Assembly (NCBI GenBank): GCA_045541375.1
Contig: JAZQJB010000087.1
Coordinates: 6,327-70,326, forward strand
Direction: 5' to 3'
DNA length: 64,000 nt
From: Eubacteriales bacterium
GTDB taxonomy: Bacteria; Bacillota; Clostridia; Oscillospirales; CAG-272
Shown: one piece after another, positions 35,238 through 46,040 of the stretch
Layout: each line of letters starts with the position of its first letter
How positions within the stretch are numbered: the first letter of the stretch is position 1
The notes under the pieces: generated by a model
The model's input: the letters and a program-made list of their open reading frames with translations, nothing else
What the model was told of the DNA's origin: nothing
Database searches by the model: none
Program-made: the position numbers and the translations under genes

Positions 35238-37190
35238 ATGACTAAACCTAAGTATTATATAACAACAGCAATCGCGTATGCTTCTGCAAAGCCCCATATC
35301 GGCAACACTTATGAAGCGATCGCGACCGACGCCATCGCCCGCTACAAGAGAGCAAAGGGCTATGACGTATTCTTCTGCACAGGCACAGATGAGCACGGTC
35401 AGAAGATCGAAAACTGCGCCGCAGCCGCAGGCATCGCGCCCCAGGCATACGTTGACAACGTTGCGGGCGTCATCAAGGGTATGTGGGACAAGATGAACGT
35501 AAGCTACGACTACTTCATCCGCACCACCGACGACTATCACGTAAAGACCATTCAGAAGATATTCGAGCGCTTCCTCCGCCAGGGTGATATCTACAAGGGA
35601 TATTACGAGGGCTGGTATTGCACTCCCTGCGAGTCCTTCTTTACCGACACACAGGTAACCGACGGCAAGTGCCCCGATTGCGGCAGACCCGTCAAGCAGG
35701 CAAAGGAAGAGGCGTACTTCTTCAATATGCAGAAGTACGCTCCCCGTCTTATCGAGTATTTCGAGACCCATCCCGGATTCCTCGAGCCCGAGGCAAGAAA
35801 GAAGGAGATGCTCAACAACTTCCTCCTTTCGGGACTTCAGGATCTCTGCGTTTCACGTACATCCTTCACCTGGGGTATTCAGGTTCCCTCCGATCCCAAG
35901 CACGTCGTTTACGTATGGCTCGATGCACTCGTAAACTACATCACCGCAATCGGCTACGATCCCGACAAGTCCTTCGAGGAGCAGTCCGAGCAGTTCAAGA
36001 AGCTCTGGCCCGCTGACGTACACATGATCGGTAAGGACATCGTAAGATTCCACTCGATCTATTGGCCCATCTTCCTCATGGCTCTCGATCTTCCTCTCCC
36101 CGAAAAGATCTTCGGTCACCCCTGGTTCAACTTCGGCGCTGATAAGATGTCCAAGTCCCGCGGAAACGTGATTTATGCAGATAAGCTCTCCGAGTACGTT
36201 GGAGTTGACGGCGTTCGTTACTACGCCCTCGCTGAAATGCCTTTCGCATCCGACGGATCGATCACTTGGGAAAGCGTTCTCGCACGCTATAACACCGACC
36301 TCGTAAACACCCTCGGCAACCTCGTTAAGAGAACCCTCGATATGCAGAAGAAGTATTTCGACAAGAAGATCGAAGCTCCCACCGCTCCCGAGGCACTTGA
36401 CGATGACTTCAAGGCTGTTTGTGCAGAGGCTGTAAAGACCTATTACGAGGCTATGGACAGCTATCACATCGCCGACGCGATCGACGCGATCCTCTCGCTC
36501 CTCCGCCGCGCGAATAAGTATATCGACGAGACCCAGCCTTGGGTCCTCGCAAAGAACGAGGAAAGCCGCGCGCGCCTTGCAACCGTGCTTTATAACCTCC
36601 TCGAATCCATCCGTTGGGGCGCAGTAATGCTCGCTCCCATGATCCCCGAGACCGCAGCGACCATCTTCGCACAGCTCGGAACCTCCAACACCTCCTTCGA
36701 GAGCGTCGGCGGCGAGTTCAATGGCACCGAAGCAGGCGCTTCCGTCAATGACTCCGCAGTTCTCTTCGCAAGAATCGACGAAGCAAAGACCCTTGAGGGT
36801 ATCTATGCCGAGATCGAAGCAGCAAGAAAGGCTGCCGAGGCTCCCAAGATCGAAAAGCCCGAGGGATGCGCTATCATCGGCTTTGACGACTTTATGAAGG
36901 TCGAGCTCCGCACCGCGCAGATCACCGAGTGCGAGCCCGTTCCGAAGGCAAAGAAGCTTCTCAAGCTCAAGGTCGACCTCGGATATGAAACCAGACAGGT
37001 CGTTTCGGGCATTGCAAAGTTCTACAAGCCCGAGGATCTTATCGGAAAGAAGATCATCCTCGTTGCAAACCTCGCACCCGCAAAGCTTTGCGGAGTTGAA
37101 TCCGAGGGTATGCTTCTCGCATCGGGCGAGGAGACCGTTCGCGTTATCTTCCTTGATCCCGAGACTCCTCTCGGAGAGCGTGTTCGCTGA
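35238..37190 (+). CDS. metG: Methionyl-tRNA synthetase with C-terminal tRNA-binding domain
   Basis: HIGN, GTDEHG, YVWLDAL, KMSKS, C-terminal SEGMLLA. Confidence 0.97.
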   Translation: MTKPKYYITTAIAYASAKPHIGNTYEAIATDAIARYKRAKGYDVFFCTGTDEHGQKIENCAAAAGIAPQAYVDNVAGVIKGMWDKMNVSYDYFIRTTDDYHVKTIQKIFERFLRQGDIYKGYYEGWYCTPCESFFTDTQVTDGKCPDCGRPVKQAKEEAYFFNMQKYAPRLIEYFETHPGFLEPEARKKEMLNNFLLSGLQDLCVSRTSFTWGIQVPSDPKHVVYVWLDALVNYITAIGYDPDKSFEEQSEQFKKLWPADVHMIGKDIVRFHSIYWPIFLMALDLPLPEKIFGHPWFNFGADKMSKSRGNVIYADKLSEYVGVDGVRYYALAEMPFASDGSITWESVLARYNTDLVNTLGNLVKRTLDMQKKYFDKKIEAPTAPEALDDDFKAVCAEAVKTYYEAMDSYHIADAIDAILSLLRRANKYIDETQPWVLAKNEESRARLATVLYNLLESIRWGAVMLAPMIPETAATIFAQLGTSNTSFESVGGEFNGTEAGASVNDSAVLFARIDEAKTLEGIYAEIEAARKAAEAPKIEKPEGCAIIGFDDFMKVELRTAQITECEPVPKAKKLLKLKVDLGYETRQVVSGIAKFYKPEDLIGKKIILVANLAPAKLCGVESEGMLLASGEETVRVIFLDPETPLGERVR

Positions 37191-37981
37191 TGAGCGGCAT
37201 TTTCGATACACACGCCCACTATTGTGACAAAAGATTTGAAAACGAATTTGAGGGCGGCGCTTCGGCGCTGCTCTCTGCCGTTTTTGCGAACGGTGTTGAT
37301 AAAATAATCAACGTGGGCACCAACACCGCAAACTCTGTCGAAGTGATCGAGATGGCAGCAAAGTACGAAGGAATGTACGCTGCCGCAGGAATTCACCCAT
37401 CCGATGTTGACGAAGAGATATCGCTCGATGATGCGATAGCCAAACTCCGCGCGCTCCTTGATAAAAGAGAAGAGTATAAGATCGTTGCTCTCGGCGAGAT
37501 CGGACTCGATTATCATTGGAGACAGGATAACAAGGAAAAGCAAGCCGAGTTTTTTGAAGCGCAGCTTTTGCTTGCCGAGGAATATGATATCCCCGTAATA
37601 ATTCACGACCGAGAGGCTCACGGCGATACCTTTGACGCCGTCCTTCGCCACCCCAAAGTGCGCGGCGTATTCCATTGCTATTCGGGAAGTCCCGAGATGG
37701 CAAAGGATCTTGTCAGACGCGGATGGTATATATCATTCACCGGAGTTATCACCAATAAGAATGCGCCCGTAGTAAAAGCATCCGCTCAGGCGGTGCCGCT
37801 CGACCGCATACTTGTGGAAACCGACGCTCCATATCTTGCACCGATCCCCTATCGCAGCAAGATAAACAGAAGTGATTATATCGAATATACGATCCGTACA
37901 ATCGCAGAGCTTCACGGGCTTTCTGAGGAAGAGATACGCGATCGCACGCACGCAAATGCCTGCAAATTGTTCTCTATATAA
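37190..37981 (+). CDS. tatD: TatD family DNase
   Basis: DTHAH, GIHP, GEIGLDY, HDREAH, HCYSG, ETDAPYL. Confidence 0.93.
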   Translation: MSGIFDTHAHYCDKRFENEFEGGASALLSAVFANGVDKIINVGTNTANSVEVIEMAAKYEGMYAAAGIHPSDVDEEISLDDAIAKLRALLDKREEYKIVALGEIGLDYHWRQDNKEKQAEFFEAQLLLAEEYDIPVIIHDREAHGDTFDAVLRHPKVRGVFHCYSGSPEMAKDLVRRGWYISFTGVITNKNAPVVKASAQAVPLDRILVETDAPYLAPIPYRSKINRSDYIEYTIRTIAELHGLSEEEIRDRTHANACKLFSI

Positions 37982-38032
37982 TAAAAAATATAAATTTTTT
38001 TGCGAAAATCGTCAAAAATGACGAAAAAAGAC

Positions 38033-38061
38033 TTGCATTCGTGCGCGTTTTGTTGTATAAT
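38033..38061 (+). promoter_or_regulatory. Sigma-A-type promoter
   Basis: TTGCAT-N17-TATAAT with TG extension. Confidence 0.65.
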
Positions 38062-38153
38062 AAACATCGGGCGTGCAAAATCGCTCTATAAAAGTGTAAA
38101 TTAAAAAAAACATAAATGCCCCGTCCGCGGATGGGGCGAGGAAGGAAACCCCT

Positions 38154-40208
38154 ATGGCAACAATCGATACCAAATCCTTAAGAAACGTAGCTCTGCTCGG
38201 ACACGGCGGCTGCGGTAAGACCTCCATCGCTGAGGCTATGCTCTATCTCACCGGCGGAACCGACCGTCTCGGTAAGACTGCTGACGGTAACACCGTATGT
38301 GACTATGATCCCGAAGAGGTAAAGAGAGGCTTCTCTATTTCCGCATCTCTTGCTCCTATCGCTTGGAAGAATATGAAGATCAACATTTTCGATACCCCCG
38401 GTTACCTCGACTTCGTAGGCGAAGTGCACCAGTCTCTCCGCGTTGCTGACAGCGCACTCATCTGTGTTGACGCAAAGGCGGGCGTTGAAGTTGGAACCGA
38501 GCTTGCTTGGGACTATGCTACCGCTGCAGGTCTTCCCAAGGCATTCTTCATCAACAAGTGCGAGGATAACGACGCGGACTTTGAGAAGGTGTTCAACGAG
38601 CTTCACGATAACTTCGGCAACACCCTCTGCCCTGTATTCGTTCCCGTTAAGCACGGCGACAAGGTCACCATGATCGACCTTGTTGAAATGAAGGCGTTCG
38701 ACTATGACGCAAAGGGCAAGAGAAGCGAGATCCCCATGACCGACGATCTCAAGGATATCGCATCCAATTATAAGGAAGCTTTCAATGAGGCAGTCGCAGG
38801 TACCTCCGACGATCTTATGATGAAGTATTTCGACGGCGAAGAGATCACCAAGGAAGAAGCTGCAGAGGCTCTCCACCAGGGTATCTTCGAGGGCACCATC
38901 ACTCCCGTTTACTGCGGCTCTGCAGTTAATATGTGGGGTATCGTAGCTATCCTCGACGCTATCGTTGAGTCCTTCCCCAGACACACCGCTAAGGGCGCAG
39001 AAAAGTCCCTCGAGGGCGATGACGTTGCTATCGATCCCGCAGGCTCGACCAGCATCTTCGTATTCAAGACCGTCGCTGACCCGTTCGTTGGTAAGATGTC
39101 CTTCTTCAAGGTTATGAACGGTACTCTCAAGAAGGATATGACCCTCAAGAACCTCACCAACGGTACCTCCGAGAAGATGGCTCATATCTATACTGTTAAG
39201 GGTAAGACCCAGACAGAAGTTGAAGAGCTCGCTTGCGGTGATATCGGTATGATCGCAAAGCTTGCTAACACCAACACAAATGATACTCTTACCGCAGGCT
39301 CCGAAGTAGCTTACGCTAAGATCACATATCCCACTCCCTATATGAGCCAGGCTATGGTTCCCGCAACCGCAAAGGACGAGAGCAAGATCTCCCAGTCTAT
39401 GGCAAGTATGCTCGCAGAGGATCTCACCCTCAAGTACGTTACCGACCCCGAGACTCATCAGATGGTTCTCTCCGGTATCGGTGATATGCACCTCGCAGTT
39501 CTCTCCGCTAAGCTCAAGGCTCGCTATGGCGTAACCATCAACCTTGAAACTCCCAAGATCCCCTACCGTGAGAAGATCACAAAGACCGTTGATATCCACG
39601 CTCGTCACAAGAAGCAGAATGGTGGTTCCGGTCAGTTCGGTGACGTTTGGATCAAGTTCGGTCCCGGCGAAGATCCCGGTCTTACCTTCACAGTATCCGT
39701 TGTCGGCGGCGTAGTTCCCAAGAACTTCAACCCCGCAGTTGAAAAGGGTCTTCTCGAGGGTATGGTTAAGGGCGTAGCAGGATTCCCCATGACCTACCTC
39801 GCAGCAGACCTCCACGACGGTTCTTACCACCCCGTTGACTCGGATGAAATGTCCTTCAAGACCGCTGCTATCATGGCTTACAAGCAGTGCCTCGAGCAGG
39901 CAGCTCCTGTTCTCATGGAGCCTGTCGGCGATCTCGACATCACCGTTCCCGAGGATCTCGTTGGTGACGTTATGGGTGACCTTAACAAGCGCCGCGGCAG
40001 CATCATGGGTATGGATCCCGCTGCAAAGAAGGGCTACACCGTAGTTCACGCAACCGCTCCCAAGTCCGAGCTTGTTGACTATCCCATCGCTCTCCGCGCT
40101 ATGTCGCAGGGTCGCGGCTCCTTCGAGTTCAACGTAACCGATTACGCAGTTGTTCCCGGCAACATCTCCGCAAAGATCGTTGAAGAGTACAAGAAGTCTC
40201 TTGCATAA
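38154..40208 (+). CDS. fusA2: Elongation factor G-like protein (EF-G2)
   Basis: GHGGCGKT, DTPGYLDF, KKQ.GG.GQFG, DGSYHPVDS, DVMGDLNKRRG. Confidence 0.9.
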   Translation: MATIDTKSLRNVALLGHGGCGKTSIAEAMLYLTGGTDRLGKTADGNTVCDYDPEEVKRGFSISASLAPIAWKNMKINIFDTPGYLDFVGEVHQSLRVADSALICVDAKAGVEVGTELAWDYATAAGLPKAFFINKCEDNDADFEKVFNELHDNFGNTLCPVFVPVKHGDKVTMIDLVEMKAFDYDAKGKRSEIPMTDDLKDIASNYKEAFNEAVAGTSDDLMMKYFDGEEITKEEAAEALHQGIFEGTITPVYCGSAVNMWGIVAILDAIVESFPRHTAKGAEKSLEGDDVAIDPAGSTSIFVFKTVADPFVGKMSFFKVMNGTLKKDMTLKNLTNGTSEKMAHIYTVKGKTQTEVEELACGDIGMIAKLANTNTNDTLTAGSEVAYAKITYPTPYMSQAMVPATAKDESKISQSMASMLAEDLTLKYVTDPETHQMVLSGIGDMHLAVLSAKLKARYGVTINLETPKIPYREKITKTVDIHARHKKQNGGSGQFGDVWIKFGPGEDPGLTFTVSVVGGVVPKNFNPAVEKGLLEGMVKGVAGFPMTYLAADLHDGSYHPVDSDEMSFKTAAIMAYKQCLEQAAPVLMEPVGDLDITVPEDLVGDVMGDLNKRRGSIMGMDPAAKKGYTVVHATAPKSELVDYPIALRAMSQGRGSFEFNVTDYAVVPGNISAKIVEEYKKSLA

Positions 40209-40224
40209 TTAAAATATTAAATAT

Positions 40225-40253
40225 CATCGGGGCTGTTTTTGACAGCCCCGATG
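40225..40253 (+). terminator. Stem-loop after EF-G2
   Basis: CATCGGGGCTGT...ACAGCCCCGATG. Confidence 0.55.
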
Positions 40254-40269
40254 TGATTTGAGGAAATAT

Positions 40270-40749
40270 ATGAATAATTCAATTTTCTCCAAAACTCGTT
40301 TTGTGCGCATAATTGCGGCATCTTTGATGCTTTCGGTATATATTTGTACGGTGCTTGTTAATTACGCCTCAAGAGAGATAACCTCGGGCAATTTTATCGC
40401 AACTGTTATATTTTTGATTTCTATTGCTCTGGTTTTCTCATTTTCAAGCGAAAAAAAGCACCCTCCGCTGCTTTGGGCAGTAAGAGGGTGGCTTGTGTTG
40501 TCTGTGTTCTTTTGCTTCTTAGCGGCGGTCTTCACAGCCGCAGAAGCGGAAATAACCGGTTTCTTCGGCGACTTGATCGGATGTGGAATAATGCTATTTG
40601 TTTCGCCGTATTTCGGTCTGTTTTTCTTTATCGAAAATGCGATAATCGTCGGCTTGATCTCGATGCTGATAAGCTTCCTTATGCTGTTCCTTCCTATGTG
40701 TATGAAAAGAATTATCGAAAGAAGGAGACTTCTCAAGCAATACAAATGA
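40270..40749 (+). CDS. Hypothetical membrane protein
   Basis: GAGG RBS; five hydrophobic segments. Confidence 0.65.
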   Translation: MNNSIFSKTRFVRIIAASLMLSVYICTVLVNYASREITSGNFIATVIFLISIALVFSFSSEKKHPPLLWAVRGWLVLSVFFCFLAAVFTAAEAEITGFFGDLIGCGIMLFVSPYFGLFFFIENAIIVGLISMLISFLMLFLPMCMKRIIERRRLLKQYK

Positions 40750-41670
40750 TCAAAGCACAAACAACTTGATCGACTTGATCGCCAATCCGTTTTCGTAGTT
40801 CTTAACTTCGCCAAGCGCGAAGAAGCTGCCTTTTGAGTCAAGCACTCTGAGTCTTGTTCCTTCGGGAAACTCGGGGAGCTTGGCTTTTTTCAGATATATC
40901 TCGCATCCCGAGCGGAAAAGTCGCTCATAAAAGCTCGGCAGCTTTACGGCATCAAGCTCGTGGAAAATTTCCTCAACGGGGCGGAGAAGAGCAAACCTTT
41001 CCTCTGTCGAAAGCTCTTCGATTTCCTCGATCGTATGCGCTTCATCAATACTGAATCCGCAAGCCGCGCTTCTCTCAAGACTCGCCATCGCGCCGCCGCA
41101 TCCGAGAGCCTTGCCAATATCGGCACAAAGAGTTCTGATGTAGGTACCTGCTGAGCATTCCACAACAAGTTTGTAGTCATTATCATTGATATATTCTGCG
41201 GAAATCGAGTAGACTTCAATTTCTCTTGCCTCACGCTCGACCGTACCACCCTCGCGCGCAATGTCGCAAAGCTTCTTGCCGCCAACCTTTAGTGCGCTAT
41301 ACATCGGAGGGATCTGCTTGATCTTTCCTTTGAAAGATGAAAGTGCATTTCTGACATCACTTTCGGTCACGTTGACGGGATATTCTTTAAGAATTGCGCC
41401 CGTCGTGTCCTCTGTATCTGTTTCGATTCCGAGGCGAAGCGTAGCAGTATATTTCTTTCTGTCCGAAAGCGAATATTCGCAAGCCTTTGCCGCACGACCG
41501 ATAAGCACAACGAGAACACCCGTTGCCATCGGGTCAAGTGTACCCGTGTGACCGACTTTCTTTGTTGAATAAAGACGGCGCACGCGGTTGACAATATCAT
41601 GCGAAGTGGGACCTTGCGGCTTGTTGATTATCAGAACACCGCAGGGCTCGTTTATCATATCCGCCATCAT
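40750..41670 (-). CDS. truB: tRNA pseudouridine(55) synthase
   Basis: NKP.GPTSHD, GHTGTLDPMATG, PPMYSALK, CSAGTYIRTL. Confidence 0.96.
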   Translation of the reverse strand: MMADMINEPCGVLIINKPQGPTSHDIVNRVRRLYSTKKVGHTGTLDPMATGVLVVLIGRAAKACEYSLSDRKKYTATLRLGIETDTEDTTGAILKEYPVNVTESDVRNALSSFKGKIKQIPPMYSALKVGGKKLCDIAREGGTVEREAREIEVYSISAEYINDNDYKLVVECSAGTYIRTLCADIGKALGCGGAMASLERSAACGFSIDEAHTIEEIEELSTEERFALLRPVEEIFHELDAVKLPSFYERLFRSGCEIYLKKAKLPEFPEGTRLRVLDSKGSFFALGEVKNYENGLAIKSIKLFVL

Positions 41671-42332
41671 TCCGATTCCTTTACGGGAAACTTAACGTGA
41701 GCGGAGAAGATCTTTTGTCCCAACTCGGTGAATCTCTTCTCGTATTCGGTCACTATGTTCGTTGCTGCGAGCTCGCTTGCGTGCAGGTCGCGGGTATAGA
41801 AGATTATCTCAAGTCCGTATTCCTTGAACTGCTCGATCGACCAATCGAAAAGATCCTCATTGTCGGTCTTGAAGTGAAGTTCACCGCCGGGGACGAGAAG
41901 CTTCTCGTATCTTGTAAGGAATCCGGGTGCGGTCAGTCTGCGCTTGTGCTGACCCTTCTTCGGCCACGGGTCGGAGAAGTTGGCATAGATACACTCAAAG
42001 GTGTGCGGAGCAAACCAATCGTTCAGGTATTCCGCATTTCCGATAATAAATCTGAGGTTGTCGGGACGTTCATCGGCAGTTGCCTTTGCCTTTTCGAGCG
42101 CAAACATAGCAACGTCCGGCACTCTCTCGAGCGCGATAATGCCGTGTTCGGGATACATTTTGCTCAGTCCGCGGGCAAAGTCACCCTTGCCGCAACCGAT
42201 CTCGAGGAGCATCGGACACTTTTTGCCGAAGATTTCTTCCTCTTTTTCGAAGCACTCAATGGGATTTTTAAGCAAAAATTCGGCACATGCTTCAATTCTT
42301 TCTGCCGAATGCTTCTTTTTTCTCATTCGCAT
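41667..42332 (-). CDS. trmB: tRNA (guanine-N7)-methyltransferase
   Basis: MRMRKK, EIGCGKG, NFSDPWPK, KRRLT, FKTDN, TEYE. Confidence 0.95.
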   Translation of the reverse strand: MRMRKKKHSAERIEACAEFLLKNPIECFEKEEEIFGKKCPMLLEIGCGKGDFARGLSKMYPEHGIIALERVPDVAMFALEKAKATADERPDNLRFIIGNAEYLNDWFAPHTFECIYANFSDPWPKKGQHKRRLTAPGFLTRYEKLLVPGGELHFKTDNEDLFDWSIEQFKEYGLEIIFYTRDLHASELAATNIVTEYEKRFTELGQKIFSAHVKFPVKESE

Positions 42333-42504
42333 CTTGAAATCTCTCTTAAAATCTGCTATAATATAATATAAGTATGTGCAAAAATGGCTTTTTGCCCTGC
42401 ACGCATATATTATATCACAAATATTTGAATTTTTCACCTGTTTTTTCAAAAAAACAGAAAAAATTAGCAAAAGCCCCAAAGCATTCAAAGATCCGGAGAA
42501 TATT

Positions 42505-43563
42505 ATGAAAAAAGATGAATTTTTGAAGTTATTGCAGGCTCGCCTTGTCGAACGAGGTCTTACTCAAGCTGCGGCTGAAAAGGAGACCGAGCACGTTCGA
42601 ATCTATCTTGCCGAATCGAGTATGGACGACGTCGATATTTCGATTGACGAGATGGCGGAGGGAATCCTATCAATGCTCAGCGACAGCTCTGAGAACAATC
42701 ACGAGGATATCGATATCTCGCCCGTCCCGATGGTGAGCGATGATAATGACGAAAGCGTTTCGGATGAGCTCAGCGCCGCGATCGCCGCTATCGATTCCCC
42801 AGAGCCCGCAAAAGAGCCAACCAAAGCTATTGACGAAGAGGAAGAAAAGCCCGAAACAGTAGCTATCCCAATCGTCATCGAGCCCGAAGCAGAAGCTCAG
42901 GATGAACCCGTAGAAGATGTTGCCGCAAATGAGGAAACCCCTGCACAAGCAGAACCTATGCCTGCAGAAGATATTCCCGAGCCACCCGCAGCGGTGCGTG
43001 AGTCTGCGCTCGAAGAAACTCATCCTGAAAAATTGAAAGAAGCTCCCTCGGATGAACTGACGTCTGACGAAGAAAATGAAGATATAGAAAAATATATCCC
43101 GTACAATCAAAAGGTAAGAATGAAAAAGATCGAAAACAGTAAAAAGGGCGGAAACGAGTGGCTTTACGTATTGCTTCTCGTCATAACGATACCGATTGCT
43201 GTAGCCCTCATCCTGACGGCAGCCGTGCTCTATCTCGGATTCTGGGTCGTACTTGCGCTTGCCATGATCGCGTGCATCGCGGTTCTGGTGGTATTCGTAG
43301 CCGTATTCGCATTAATATCAATAGTCGGAATAGTTTACGGCGTTGTTGAACTGATAACCGGAAATGTGCCTGTCGGTCTGTTCGAGATCGGACTCGGAGT
43401 AATGGTCGGCGCAGCGGTTATGTTCATCGGCATTCTCGTTTATAATTTTGCGGTAAGATTCATTCCCTTTATTATGAAGCTTCTCGCGCGTCTCTTCCGT
43501 GCAGGATTCAGAGCGATCCGAAACGGATATCAAGTATTGAAAGGAGCTGTGGAAGAATTATGA
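42505..43563 (+). CDS. DUF1700/HAAS-like membrane protein with long acidic linker
   Basis: MKKDEFL..L...L N-terminus; Glu/Pro-rich middle; long hydrophobic C-terminus. Confidence 0.65.
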   Translation: MKKDEFLKLLQARLVERGLTQAAAEKETEHVRIYLAESSMDDVDISIDEMAEGILSMLSDSSENNHEDIDISPVPMVSDDNDESVSDELSAAIAAIDSPEPAKEPTKAIDEEEEKPETVAIPIVIEPEAEAQDEPVEDVAANEETPAQAEPMPAEDIPEPPAAVRESALEETHPEKLKEAPSDELTSDEENEDIEKYIPYNQKVRMKKIENSKKGGNEWLYVLLLVITIPIAVALILTAAVLYLGFWVVLALAMIACIAVLVVFVAVFALISIVGIVYGVVELITGNVPVGLFEIGLGVMVGAAVMFIGILVYNFAVRFIPFIMKLLARLFRAGFRAIRNGYQVLKGAVEEL

Positions 43564-44672
43564 AGCCTACCTCGGTAATATTTCTTATAGTATCAATATT
43601 GCTTGCCTGCGTTGGATTTCTGCTCTGCATAACAGCTTCTTCAATGGCTACCGAGCAGGGAATAGGACTTTTCTCGCTGATCGGCGATGAAGACGACAAC
43701 TACGTTGCAACCCGGGAATTCACCGAAGAAGATCTCAAGAAGATAGTCGTTAAGGTCAGCGACGTAAACGTTAACGTCATCGGCGGAGCAGAAGCAAGCA
43801 AGATCGAACTTGTAAACTTCATGAATAACTCCTATAACATTCAGGCAGGCCGTTCAACACTGCAGATCTCGGATAATTCGGGAATCACGGGTATCATCGA
43901 CCTCGAAAATTTCAAGATCAACTTCAGCGGCTTCCGCGATTATCTGCACTACCTCTTTGATTTCATCGAGGGCAATGAGAAAAAGGAACAGATACTCAAC
44001 GTTTATCTCACAGATGAAGCCGATCTCGTTAACTTTAACATTACAGTCGGCGACGGTGACATCACCCTTTCCCATATGCAGACCGAATGTGACTACAAGA
44101 TCGTTCTTGCAAACGGCGTTGTTGAGATCGACAACGTAAAGACAGATTCTTCCATTCAGATCGAATCGACGGTAAGCTCGAACATCGAGATCAGAAACAC
44201 AGTAACAGACGAGCTCCGCATTATGTCCCCCAAGAGCGAATGTTACATCGAGATCTCCGATACGACCTTCTCTCGTGCAATGTATGTTGAAGCAAAATCG
44301 GGCGATATCGTTTACGACCGCGTTGAGGCTGATTTCGCGGGACTTGACGTAAAGCTCGAGGCACTCGGAAACACGATCAGCGTTTACGGTGAGAACCACG
44401 CGGATTCCTACGTTGAATTCAACGCCCCCATAACCGGCGATCCTTCAACGACTCCTTCGGTTCCCGGAACCGAGGAAACACTCCCCGAGGAGAATGAAAC
44501 AACTGCACCCGCAGAGGAAGAAACTTCAGAAGACGAAACAACCGCAGAGGAAGAAACCACCGAGCCCGAAGATATCGGAGATATCGACGAGGAAGAGAAC
44601 AATACCTCTGTTACCATCCCCGCAAATTCGCTTACGATCATTATCGAAGACGGTAAGATCGAGGTTAAATAA
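43560..44672 (+). CDS. DUF4097-like (putative adhesin / beta-solenoid) membrane-anchored protein
   Basis: N-terminal TM; repeated G.I.v motifs (GDIT, GVVE, GDIV, GKIEV); acidic Thr/Glu linker. Confidence 0.6.
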   Translation: MKPTSVIFLIVSILLACVGFLLCITASSMATEQGIGLFSLIGDEDDNYVATREFTEEDLKKIVVKVSDVNVNVIGGAEASKIELVNFMNNSYNIQAGRSTLQISDNSGITGIIDLENFKINFSGFRDYLHYLFDFIEGNEKKEQILNVYLTDEADLVNFNITVGDGDITLSHMQTECDYKIVLANGVVEIDNVKTDSSIQIESTVSSNIEIRNTVTDELRIMSPKSECYIEISDTTFSRAMYVEAKSGDIVYDRVEADFAGLDVKLEALGNTISVYGENHADSYVEFNAPITGDPSTTPSVPGTEETLPEENETTAPAEEETSEDETTAEEETTEPEDIGDIDEEENNTSVTIPANSLTIIIEDGKIEVK

Positions 44673-44676
44673 AAGA

Positions 44677-44710
44677 ATCGCCGAGGCGGAATGCCTCGGC
44701 GATATTTTTT
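44677..44710. terminator. Bidirectional terminator
   Basis: ATCGCCGAGGC-ggaat-GCCTCGGCGAT followed by Ts. Confidence 0.7.
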
Positions 44711-44711
44711 A

Positions 44712-45806
44712 TTATACGTTAAATCTGAAGAGGGTAACGTCTCCGCCCTTCATGACGTATTCCTTGCCCTCGCTTCGAACAAGACCTGCTTCCTTTGCGG
44801 CAGTCATGCTGCCAAGCCGCATAAGATCATCGAAAGCAACGATCTCGGCACGGATGAATCCACGCTCAAAGTCGCTGTGGATCTTGCCCGCAGCTCCGGG
44901 AGCCTTTGTGCCCTTGCGGATAGTCCATGCACGAACCTCCTTGGGGCCTGCAGTCAGGAAGCTGATAAGACCGAGAAGATCGTAGCCTGCGCGGATGAGT
45001 CTGTTAAGACCGGATTCTGCAAGTCCCATGTCCTCAAGGAACATCTGCTTTTCCTCGCCGTCAAGTTCTGCAAGCTCTGCTTCAAGTCCGCCGCAGATCG
45101 AAACGATTCCGGAATTTTCGCTTGCCGCAAACTCCTTGAGAGCTGCATAGTGAGGGTTCTGTACGGGATCCTCGTCAAGGCTGTTCTCGTCAACGTTCGC
45201 AACGTAGATGATGGGCTTTGCCGAGAGGAGAGGCATGTCCGCAAGCATCGCGCGCTCGTCGTCATTCATATCAATACCGCGCGCGGATTTGCCCTCGCCG
45301 AGATGCTCGATAAGTCTTTCAAGGAAAGCTGCTTCGGGCGCAAGGGACTTGTCCGCTTTCATCGCCTTGCGAGTGCGGTCGAGTCTTCTTTCTGCAACTT
45401 CGATGTCGGAAAGGATAAGCTCGTAGTTGATGGTCTCAACGTCGGAGATGGGGTTGACTCTTCCGTCAACGTGAATGATGTTGTCATCTTCAAAGCAACG
45501 GACAACGTGCAGGATGGCGTCGCATTCGCGGATGTGAGAGAGGAATTTGTTTCCGAGACCTTCGCCCTGGGAAGCGCCCTTGACAAGTCCCGCAATGTCA
45601 AAGAATTCAACAACCGCAGGAGTGTACTTCTCGGGTGTATACATTTCTGCCAGAGCATCAAGTCTGGGGTCGGGTACGGGAACGACACCGACGTTAGGTT
45701 CTATGGTGCAGAAAGGGTAGTTAGCCGAGTCTGCGCCGCCGCCGCAAAGGGCGTTAAAAAGCGTACTTTTGCCCACATTGGGCAGTCCAACAATACCAAG
45801 TTTCAT
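44712..45806 (-). CDS. ychF: Redox-regulated ATPase YchF
   Basis: [52 protein letters not shown]. Confidence 0.97.
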   Translation of the reverse strand: MKLGIVGLPNVGKSTLFNALCGGGADSANYPFCTIEPNVGVVPVPDPRLDALAEMYTPEKYTPAVVEFFDIAGLVKGASQGEGLGNKFLSHIRECDAILHVVRCFEDDNIIHVDGRVNPISDVETINYELILSDIEVAERRLDRTRKAMKADKSLAPEAAFLERLIEHLGEGKSARGIDMNDDERAMLADMPLLSAKPIIYVANVDENSLDEDPVQNPHYAALKEFAASENSGIVSICGGLEAELAELDGEEKQMFLEDMGLAESGLNRLIRAGYDLLGLISFLTAGPKEVRAWTIRKGTKAPGAAGKIHSDFERGFIRAEIVAFDDLMRLGSMTAAKEAGLVRSEGKEYVMKGGDVTLFRFNV

Positions 45807-46040
45807 GTGTAACTCCGATAAAAAATAGTTTAGCCCTAATATTATATAATAAAATTGTGAAAAATTCAAGCAAAAGTGCAAAAAATACTAAAAAAATGCG
45901 AAAAATATGAACATTTTTTTGAAAAAAGTATTTGCAAAATCGAAATTATGTGATATAATATAAGGGAAAGTATAAAAATGCCGAAGTTTGCCCAAATGCG
46001 GAAATATTCGGCAAGTCCAAAATTAACATAGGAGGAAAAA

